From Eledone cirrhosa (taxonomy: Eukaryota), in assembly GCA_964016885.1 (NCBI GenBank), contig OZ024742.1:161510001-161574000 (forward strand): a stretch of DNA of 64,000 bases, written 5' to 3'. Made by a program: the position numbers and the translations under genes. The notes below the pieces were generated by a model. That model was given only the letters and a program-made list of their open reading frames with translations, had not been told where the DNA came from and ran no database searches. Below, piece by piece: positions 1 to 11,500 of this stretch (positions are counted from its first letter, which is position 1; every line of letters starts with the position of its first letter).

Positions 1-524
1 TAATATTTTTTTAGTTTTCTATTTTTTTAGTTTTCTATTCTATATTTTTATATATTTTTACTTATTATTATTATTATTGTTATCTTTGTTTATGATATAA
101 TATAATATAATATATATTTTCGATTAGTATATTGAAATCTGCTCTCTATTTCTGCTTGATAGATAATCTTGTAGAGTAATCGCAAGAATAATAATATGCT
201 CAAACTTTTATACCACATTGAGAATGTTTTCCGGTAACTTATAGTTTGCGGAGTGAATCAGTTGGATTCACATTGATGTTTGTAGCTGTCACATAAACAT
301 ATGAATTGTTTAAAACTAAACATAAGATAATGAATTTTCACACATTGTGAATACTTGTTTCATTTAGGAATACTGATATTTACAATAAGTTTTATAAATA
401 CTAATACATTAAAACATAGGGTTTTCTACGCCTCGAATATGTCTGGCTATTTTTAAATTTTTTTTGTCTCTCTCTATATCTCTCTATATCTCTCTATATA
501 TCTCCCTTACATTAATACTTGAGC

Positions 525-559
<35 letters not shown>

Positions 560-1118
560 ATGTATCATTGATACACTTACTCAAAATGACCTCCCACTAC
601 CTAATTTTCTATATATATATATATGTATCTATCTCTATTTCCTCTCTCTATATATATGTATATCTCTTTCTGTCTCTTTACATGAAGCTCTTCGCTTTAT
701 CTATCTTTCCATCTCTCTATTTTGTTCCATGCATTTCTTCTTTTTCTTTTTCTTCTTTTTCTTCCTTCTCTTCGTTTTGTCTGTCTTTCTTTCTTTTTTC
801 CCTCTTTTCTTTCTCTCTTTCTTTCTCTCTGTATTTTCACTGCTAGCGTAAACCTCTTCAAATGAAGTTGATGTTTATTACGGTATGTCGAATATATTTA
901 TCTATAAAACTGTTTATATTGTATTTTGTCTGATGAAGGCATAGCATATTGTTAATATGATATCCCCGAAATATATATAATGAAATAAATATGGTTTTAT
1001 AAATATAGTTTTCCATTTATTTAATATTGTAAATATACTCCAAATATTTGTCGAGTGCTTTTATATCAGTTATAAATATTTACTAGTTGTAACCCAACAA
1101 TTTTAAATATAACTTTAC
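1..1118 (+). mobile_element. 3' end (3' non-coding region plus pseudo-LTR) of a Penelope-like element related to the 35-39 kb element
   Basis: ~880-1118 aligns by eye with the reverse complement of 34981-35200 and with 39100-39238. It is preceded by a CT-rich tract like 38840-39000 and ends in (TA)n. The 5' boundary is not defined in this window. Confidence 0.7.
922..987 (+). ncRNA. Minimal type I hammerhead ribozyme (PLE pLTR type)
   Basis: UAUUUUGU-CUGAUGA-[AGGCAUAGCAUAUU GUU AAUAUGAUAUCCCC]-GAAA-UAUAUA-UA-AUGAAAUA. Stem I is 8 bp with two G-U pairs and stem III is palindromic. Confidence 0.8.
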
Positions 1119-1120
1119 AT

Positions 1121-1331
1121 GTATATATAATATATATATATATATAATATATACATATACAATATATATATATATAATATATATATATAATATATATATA
1201 TTATATATATATATTATATATATATATTATATATAAATATTATATATATATTATATATATATATTATATATATATATTATATATATATTATATATATATA
1301 TTATATATAAATATTATATATATATTATATA

Positions 1332-1412
<81 letters not shown>

Positions 1413-1532
1413 TATATATATATATTATATATATATATATATTATATATATATATATATTATATATATATATATTATATATATATATTATATTATATATA
1501 TATATTATATTATATATATAATTATATATATA

Positions 1533-1575
<43 letters not shown>

Positions 1576-2047
1576 ATATATATTATATATACATATATAT
1601 ATATTATATATATATTATATATATATATATATATTATATATACATATATATATATTATATATATATATTATATATATATATATATTATATATATATATAT
1701 ATTATATTATATATATATATATATTATATATATATATATTATATATTATATATATATATATATTATATATATATTATATATATATAATATATATATATAT
1801 TATATATATATATTATATATATATAATATATATATATATTATATATATATATTATATATATATAATATATATATATATTATATATATATATTATATATAT
1901 ATAATATATATATATATTATATATATATATTATATATATATAATATATATCTAACGAATCTTTCCTTTCATATCTCCTCTACTATCTACATCTCTCTCTT
2001 TAAGATTGGTTACTCTTGAACCGTGTATATATTATATATATATATAT

Positions 2048-2079
<32 letters not shown>

Positions 2080-2230
2080 ATATATATTATATATATATAT
2101 ATATATTATATATACATATATATATATTATATATATATATTATATATATATATATATATTATAGTATATATATATATATTATATATATATATATTATATA
2201 TTATATATATATATATATTATATATATTTA
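1121..2230. repeat. Degenerate (TA)n microsatellite with a ~75-bp unique island at ~1951-2025
   Basis: Direct reading. Confidence 0.95.
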
Positions 2231-2474
2231 TATAAATGAAAGGTATAGAAAACACTGCAGCGAAAAGCGAACAGCATTCCATAGTATATAAGTGACTATA
2301 GCGTCAAAATGGGAAAAATAGTTAACGTAAGATGTGAGAAAAAAAATTTAAACTCATCAAGATATAAATTCATCCACAGAATTTAGTGAAATCCAGGGAA
2401 AAATCAATAGAGCCTTAACTCATGATAAAATAAAGTTCAAAATACCTATCCTTCAATTTGGAAAAACTTCAAAT

Positions 2475-2552
2475 GCTCTGTATAGTCTTAAGACTATTTC
2501 ATGAAAACTTTCAGCGGAGATGGTCACGGTTGGAATTCATCATCAGCAGAGC
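2475..2552 (-). ncRNA. Type I hammerhead-like motif, first of 51 copies (one per monomer)
   Basis: Minus strand reads GCUCUG CUGAUGA UGAAUUCCAACCGUGACCAUCUCCGCUGAAAGUUUUCAU GAAA UAGUCUUAAGACUA UA CAGAGC. Stem I is a perfect 6 bp, both core boxes are intact, stem III is perfect and the triplet is AUA. The stem II junction is non-canonical. Confidence 0.7.
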
Positions 2553-5500
2553 TCAACTCAATAACCAGGATTCTCGCAGATTAATATGCCAAAAAGGGAA
2601 TTCTAAAGCTGGCCAGTCCAACGTCATGCATGATCGCGAAAAAATGGCTATTGACGTCAGAATGAGACGAAAGTTTGTTTACAAGAAACAACAGTCAAAA
2701 ACATTCCGAAAAAACTCTACAGTAAGGAGTTCAGCAAAATGCAATATTATCGCAGTTTTTTATGAAAAAAGAACCGGGATTAGTCACAAATAATTTAAGC
2801 ACTCGAGGAAAAATCCGAGTATAAATATATAAATGAAAGGTATAGAAAATACTGCAGCGAAAAGCGAACAGCATTCCATAGTATATAAGTGATTATAGCG
2901 TCAAAATGGCAAAAATAGTTAACGTAAGATGTGGGAAAAATAATTTAAACTCATCTCAAAGAGAATCAGGATATAAATTCATCCACAGAATTTAGTGAAA
3001 TCCATGGAAAAATCAATAGAGCCTTAACTCATGATAAAATAAAGTTCAAAATACCTATCCTTCAATTTGGAAAAACTTCAAATGCTCTGTATAGTCTTAA
3101 GACTATTTCATGAAAACTTACAGCGGAGAAATCACGGTTGGAGTTCATCATCAGCAGAGCTCAACTCGATAACCAGGATTCTCGCAGATTAATATGCCAA
3201 AAAGGGAATTCTAAAGCTGGCCAGTCCAACGTCATGCATGATCACAAAAAACGCACAATAAGGAAAAAATGGCTATTGACGTCAGAATGAGACGAAAGTT
3301 TGTTTACAAGAAACAACAGTCAAAAACATTCCAAAAAAATCTACAGTAAGGAGTTCAGCAAAATGCAATATTATCGCAGTTTTATATAACCCCCCCCCCC
3401 CCCAAAAAAAAAATCCGGGATTAGTCACAAATAATTTAAGCAGTCGAGGAAAAATCCGAGTATAAATATATAAATGAAAGGTATAGAAAACACTGCAGCG
3501 AAAAGCGAACAGCATTCCATAGTATATAAGTGACTATCGCGTCAAAATGGGAAAAATAGTTAACGTAAAATGTGGGAAAAATAATTTAAACTCATCTCAA
3601 AGAGAATCAGGATATAAATTCATCCACAGAATTTATTAAAATCCATGGAAAAATCAATAGAGCCTTAACTCATGATAAAATAAAGTTCAAAATACCTATC
3701 CTTTAATTTGGAAAAACTTCAAATGCTCTGTATAGTCTTAAGACTATTTCATGAAAACTTTCAGCGGAGATGGTCACGGTTGGAATTCATAATCAGCAGA
3801 GCTCAACTCGATAATCAGGATTCTCACTGATTAATATGCCAAAATGGGAATTCTAAAGCTGGCCAGTTGAACATCATGCGTGATCACGAAAAACGCACAT
3901 GAGGAAAACATGGCTATTGACGTCAGAATGAGACGAAAGTTTGTTTACAAGAAACAACAGTCAAAAACATTCCGAAAAAAACTCTACAGTAAGGAGTTCA
4001 GCAAAATGCAATATTATCGCAGTTTTATATAAAAAAACCCGGGATTAGTCAAATAATTTAAGCACTCGAGGAAAAATCCGAGTATAAATATATAAATGAA
4101 AGGTATAGAAAACACTGCAGCGAACAGCATTCCATCGTATATAAGTGACTATAGCGTCAAAATGGGAAAAATAGTTAACGTAAGATGTCGGAAAATAATT
4201 TAAACTCATCTCAAAGAGAATCAGGATATAAATTCATCACAGAATTTAGTGAAATCCAGGGAAAAATCAATAGAGCCTTAACTCATGATAAAATAAAGTT
4301 CAAAATACCTATCCTTCAATTTGGAAAAACTTCAAATGCTCTGTATAGTCTTCAGACTATTTCATGAAAACTTTCAGCGGAGATGGTCACGGTTGAAATG
4401 CATCATCAGCAGAGCTCAACTCGATAACCAGGATTCTCGCAGATTAATATTGCCAAAAAGGGAATTCTAAAGCTGGCCAGTCCAACGTCTTGCATGATCA
4501 CGAAAAACGCACATGAGGAAAAAAAGGCTATTGACGTCAGAATGAGACGAAAGTTTGTTTACAAGAAACAACAGTCAAAAACATTCCGAAAAAAACTCTA
4601 CAGTAAGGAGTTCAGCAAAATGCAATATTATCGCAGTTTTATATAAAAAAACCCGGGATTAGTCAAATAATTTAAGCACTCGAGGAAAAATCCGAGTATA
4701 AATATATAAATGAAAGGTATAGAAAACACTGCAGCGAAAAGCGAACAGCATTCCATAGTATATAAGTGACTATAGCGTCAAAATGGGAAAAATAGTTAAC
4801 GTAAGATGTGGGAAAATAATTTAAACTCATCTCAAAGAGAATCAGGATATAAATTCATAACAGAATTTAGTGAAATCCAGGGAAAAATCAATAGAGCCTT
4901 AACTCATGATAAAATAAAGTTCAAAATACCTATCCTTCAATTTGGAAAAACACCAAATGCTCTGTATAGTCTTCAGACTATTTCATGAAAACTTTCAGCG
5001 GAGATGGTCACGGTTGGAATGCATCATCAGCAGAGCTCAACTCGATAACCAGGATTCTCGCAGATTAATATTGCCAAAAAGGGAATTCTAAAGCTGGCCA
5101 GTCCAACGTCTTGCATGATCACGAAAAACGCACATGAGGAAAAAAAGGCTATTGACGTCAGAATGAGACGAAAGTTTGTTTACAAGAAACAACAGTCAAA
5201 AACATTCCGAAAAAAACTCTACAGTAAGGAGTTCAGCAAAATGCAATATTATCGCAGTTTTATATAAAAAAAACCCGGGATTAGTCAAATAATTTAAGCA
5301 CTCGAGGAAAAATCCGAGTATAAATATGAAAATGAAAGGTATAGAAAACACTGCAGCGAACAGCATTCCATCGTATATATGTGACTATAGCGTCAAAATG
5401 GGAAAAATAGTTAACGTAAGATGTCGGAAAATAATTTAAACTCATCTCAAAGAGAATCAGGATATAAATTCATCACAGAATTTAGTGAAATCCAGGGAAA

Positions 5501-8500
5501 AATCAATAGAGCCTTAACTCATGATAAAATAAAGTTCAAAATACCTATCCTTCAATTTGGAAAAACTTCAAATGCTCTGTATAGTCTTCAGACTATTTCA
5601 TGAAAACTTTCAGCGGAGATGGTCACGGTTGGAATGCATCATCAGCAGAGCTCAACTCGATAACCAGGATTCTCGAAGATTAATATTGCCAAAAAGGGAA
5701 TTCTAAAGCTGGCCAGTCCAACGTCTTGCATGATCACGAAAAACGCACATGAGGAAAAAAAGGCTATTGACGTCAGAATGAGACGAAAGTTTGTTTACAA
5801 GAAACAACAGTCAAAAACATTCCGAAAAAAACTCTACAGTAAGGAGTTCAGCAAAATGCAATATTATCGCAGTTTTATATAAAAAAACCCGGGATTAGTC
5901 AAATAATTTAAGCACTCGAGGAAAAATCCGAGTATAAACATATAAATGAAAGGTATAGAAAACACTGCAGCGAACAGCATTCCATCGTATATAAGTGACT
6001 GTAGCGTCAAAATGGGAAAAATAGTTAACGTAAGATGTGGGAAAATAATTTAAACTCATCTCAAAGAGAATCAGGATATAAATTCATCACAGAATTTAGT
6101 GAAATCCAGGGAAAATCAATAGAGCCTTAACTCATGATAAAATAAAGTTCAAAATACCTATCCTTCAATTTGGAAAAACTTCAAATGCTCTGTATAGTCT
6201 TCAGACTATTTCATGAAAACTTTCAGCGGAGATGGTCACGGTTGGAATGCATCATCAGCAGAGCTCAACTCGATAACCAGGATTCTCGCAGATTAATATT
6301 GCCAAAAAGGGAATTCTAAAGCTGGCCAGTCCAACGTCTTGCATGATCACGAAAAACGCACACGAGGAAAAAAAGGCTATTGACGTCAGAATGAGACGAA
6401 AGTTTGTTTACAAGAAACAACAGTCAAAAACATTCCGAAAAAAACTCTACAGTAAGGAGTTCAGCAAAATGCAATATTATCGCAGTTTTATATAAAAAAA
6501 CCCGGGATTAGTCAAATAATTTAAGCACTCGAGGAAAAATCCGAGTATAAATATATAAATGAAAGGTATAGAAAACACTGCAGCGAAAACCGAACAGCAT
6601 TCCATAGTATATAAGTGACTATCGCGTCAAAATGGGAAAAATAGTAAACGTAAGATGTGGGAAAACTAATTTAAACTCATCTCAAAAAGAATCAGGATTT
6701 AAATTCATCCACAGAATTTAGTGAAATCCAGGGAAAAATCAATAGAGTCTTAACTCATGATAAAATAAAGTTCAAAATACCTATCCTTCAATTTGGAAAA
6801 ACTTCAAATGCTCTGTATAGTCTTCAGACTATTTCATGAAAACTTTCAGCGGAGATGGTCACGGTTGGAATGCATCATCAGCAGAGCTCAACTCGATAAC
6901 CAGGATTCTCGCAGATTAATATGCAAAAAAGGGAATTCTAAAGCTGGCCAGTCCAACGTCATGCATGATCACTAAAAACGCACATAAGGAAAAAAGGGCT
7001 ATTGACGTCAGAATGAGACGAAAGTTTGTTTGCAAGAAACAACAGTCAAAAACATTCCGAAAAAAACTCTACAGTAAGGAGTTCAGCAAAATGCAATATT
7101 ATCGCAGTTTTTTATAAAAAAAAAAAACCGGGATTAGTCACAAATAATTTAAGCACTCGAGGAAAATCCGAGTATAAATATATAAATGAAAGGTATAGAA
7201 AACACTGCTGCGAAAAGCGAACAGCATTCCATAGGATATAAGTGACTATAGCGTCAAAATGGGAAAAATAGTAAACGTAAGATGTGGGAAAACTAATTTA
7301 AACTCATCTCAAAAAGAATCAGGATTTAAATTCATCCACAGAATTTAGTGAAATCCAGGGAAAAATCAATAGAGTCTTAACTCATGATAAAAGAAAGTTC
7401 AAAATACCTATCCTTCAGTTTGGAAAAACTTCAAATGCTCTGTATAGTCTTCAGACTATTTCATGAAAACTTTCAGCGGAGATGTTCACGGTTGGAGTTC
7501 ATCATCAGCAGAGCTCAACTCGATAACCAGGATTCTCGCAGATTAATATGCCAAAAAGGGAATTCTAAAGCTGGCCAGTCCAACGTCATGCGTGATCACG
7601 AAAAACGCACATGAGGAAAAAATGGCTATTGACGTCAGAATGAGACGAAAGTTTGTTTACAAGAAACAACAGTCAAAAACATTCCGAAAAAAACTCTACA
7701 GTAAGGAGTTCAGCAAAATGCAATATTATCGCAGTTTTTTATGAAAAAAAAACCGGGATTAGTCACAAATAATTTAAACACTCGAGGAAAATCCGAGTAT
7801 AAATATATAAATGAAAGGTATAGAAAAAACTGCAGCGAAAAGCGATCAGCATTCCATGGTATATAAGTGACTATAGCGTCAAAATGGGAAAAATAGTTAA
7901 CGTAAGATGTGGGAAAAATAATTTAAACTCATCTCAAAGAGAATCAGGATATAAATTCATCCACAGAATTTAGTAAAATCCAGGGAAAAATCAATAGAGC
8001 CTTAACTCATAATAAAATAAAGTTCAAAATACCTATCCTTCAATTTGGATAAACTTCAAATGCTCTGTATAGTCTTAAGACTATTTCATGAAAACTTTCA
8101 GCGGAGATGGTCACGGTTGGAATTCATCATCAGCAGAGCTCAACTCTATAACCAGGATTCTCGCAGATTAATATGCCAAAAAGGGAATTCTAAAGCTGGC
8201 CAGTCCAACGTCATGCATGATCACTAAAAACGCACATAAGGAAAAAATGGCTATTGACGTCAGAATGAGACGAAAGTTTGTTTGCAAGAAACAACAGTCA
8301 AAAACATTCCGAAAAAAACTCTACAGTAAGGAGTTCAGCAAAATGCAATATTATCGCAGTTTTTTATAAAAAAAAAAAACCGGGATTAGTCACAAATAAT
8401 TTAAGCACTCGAGGAAAATCCGAGTATAAATATATAAATGAAAGGTATAGAAAACACTGCTGCGAAAAGCGAACAGCATTGCATAGGATATAAATGACTA

Positions 8501-11500
8501 TAGCGTCAAAATGGGAAAAATAGTAAACGTAAGATGTGGGAAAACTAATTTAAACTCATCTCAAAAAGAATCAGGATATAAATTCATCCACAGTATTTAG
8601 TGAAATCCAGGGAAAAATCAATAGAGTCTTAACTCATGATAAAATAAAGTTCAAAATACCTATCCTTCAATTTGGAAAAACTTCAAATGCTCTGTATAGT
8701 CTTCAGACTATTTCATGAAAACTTTCAGCGGTGATGGTCAGGGTTAGAGTTCATCATCAGCAGAGCTCAACTCGATAACCAGGATTCTCGCAGATTAATA
8801 TGCCAAAAAGGGAATTCTAAAGCTGGCCAGTCCAACGTCATGCGTGATCACAAAAAACGCACATCAGGAAAAAATGGCTATTGACGTCAGAATGAGACGA
8901 AAGTTTGTTTACGAGAAACAACAGTCAAAAACATTCCGAAAAAACTCTACAGTAAGGAGTTCAGCAAAATGCAATATTATCGCAGTTTTTTATGAAAAAA
9001 AACCGGGATTAGTCAAATAATTTAAGCACTCGAAGAAAAATTCGAGTATAAATATATAAATGAAAGGTATAGAAAACACTGCAGTGAAAAGCGAACAGCA
9101 TTCCATAGTATATAAGTGACTATAGCGTCAAAATGGGAAAAATAGTTATTGTAAGATGTGGGAAAAATAATTTAAACTCATCTCAAAGAGAATCAGGATA
9201 TAAATTCATCCACAGAATTTAGTGAAATCCAGGGAAAAATCAATAGAGCCTTAACTCATGATAAAATAAAGTTCAAAATACCTATCCTTCAATTTGGAAA
9301 AACTTCAAATGCTCTGTATAGTATTCAGACTATTTCATGAAAACTTTCAGCGGAGATGGTCACGGTTGGAATTCATCATCAGCAGAGCTCAACTCGATAA
9401 CCAGGCTGGCCAGTCCAACATCATGCGTGATCACGAAAAACGCACATGAGGATAAAATGGCTATTGACGTCAGAATGAGACGAAAGTTTGTTTACAAGAA
9501 ACAACAGTCAAAAACATTCCGAAAAAAACTCTACAGTAAGTTGTTCAGCAAAATGCAATATTATCGCAGTTTTATATGAAATAAACCAAAAAAAAACCGG
9601 GATTAGTCACAAATAATTTAAGCACTCGAGGAAAAATCCGAGTATAAATATATAAATGAAAGGTATAGAAAATACTGCAGCGGAAAGCGAACAGCATTCC
9701 ATAGTATATAAGTGACTATCGCGTCAAAATGTGAAAAATAGTTAACGTAAGATGTGGGAAAAATAATTTAAACTCATCTCAAAGAGAATCAGGATATAAA
9801 TTCATCACAGAATTTAGTGAAATCCAGGGAAAAATCAATAGAGCCTTAACTCATGATAAAATAAAGTTCAAAATACCTATCCTTCAATTTGGAAAAACTT
9901 CAAATGCTCTGTATAGTCTTCAGACTATTTCATGAAAACTTTCAGCGGAGATGGTCACGGTTGAAATGCATCATCAGCAGAGCTCAACTCGATAACCAGG
10001 ATTCTCGCAGATTAATATTGCCAAAAAGGGAATTCTAAATCTGGCCAGTCCAACGTCTTGCATGATCACGAAAAACGCACATGAAGAAAAAAAGGCTATT
10101 GACGTCAGAATGAGACGAAAGTTTGTTTACAAGAAACAACAGTCAAAAACATTCCGAAAAAAACTCTACAGTAAGGAGTTCAGCAAAATGCAATATTATC
10201 GCAGTTTTATATAAAAAAACCCGGGATTAGTCAAATAATTTAAGCACTCGAGGAAAAATCCGAGTATAAATATGAAAATGAAAGGTATAGAAAACACTGC
10301 AGCGAACAGCATTCCATCGTATATATGTGACTATAGCGTCAAAATGGGAAAAATAGTTAACGTAAGATGTCGGAAAATAATTTAAACTCATCTCAAAGAG
10401 AATCAGGATATAAATTCATCACAGAATTTAGTGAAATCCAGGGAAAAATCAATAGAGCCTTAACTCATGATAAAATAAAGTTCAAAATACCTATCCTTCA
10501 ATTTGGAAAAACTTCAAATGCTCTGTATAGTCTTCAGACTATTTCATGAAAACTTTCAGCGGAGATGGTCACGGTTGGAATGCATCATCAGCAGAGCTCA
10601 ACTCGATAACCAGGATTCTCGAAGATTAATATTGCCAAAAAAGGAATTCTAAAGCTGGCCAGTCCAACGTCTTGCATGATCACGAAAAACGCACATGAGG
10701 AAAAAAAGGCTATTGACGTCAGAATGAGACGAAAGTTTGTTTACAAGAAACAACAGTCAAAAACATTCCGAAAAAAACTCTACAGTAAGGAGTTCAGCAA
10801 AATGCAATATTATCGCAGTTTTATATAAAAAAACCCGGGATTAGTCGAATAATTTAAGCACTCGAGGAAAAATCCGAGTATAAACATATAAATGAAAGGT
10901 ATAGAAAACACTGCAGCGAACAGCATTCCATCGTATATAAGTGACTGTAGCGTCAAAATGGGAAAAATAGTTAACGTAAGATGTGGGAAAATAATTTAAA
11001 CTCATCTCAAAGAGAATCAGGATATAAATTCATCACAGAATTTAGTGAAATCCAGGGAAAATCAATAGAGCCTTAACTCATGATAAAATAAAGTTCAAAA
11101 TACCTATCCTTCAATTTGGAAAAACTTCAAATGCTCTGTATAGTCTTCAGACTATTTCATGAAAACTTTCAGCGGAGATGGTCACGGTTGGAATGCATCA
11201 TCAGCAGAGCTCAACTCGATAACCAGGATTCTCGCAGATTAATATTGCCAAAAAGGGAATTCTAAAGCTGGCCAGTCCAACGTCATGCATGATCACGAAA
11301 AACGCACACGAGGAAAAAAAGGCTATTGACGTCAGAATGAGACGAAAGTTTGTTTACAAGAAACAACAGTCAAAAACATTCCGAAAAAAACTCTACAGTA
11401 AGGAGTTCAGCAAAATGCAATATTATCGCAGTTTTATATAAAAAAACCCGGGATTAGTCAAATAATTTAAGCACTCGAGGAAAAATCCGAGTATAAATAT

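Noticed and set aside
1951-2025. 75-bp unique island in the TA tract
   Set aside because: Too short to assign. It has no hammerhead core and no match elsewhere in the window.
2658-2680. Plus-strand CAGAATGAGACGAAAG as a second, opposite-polarity hammerhead
   Set aside because: The core does not match CUGANGA and no stems I-III can be formed.
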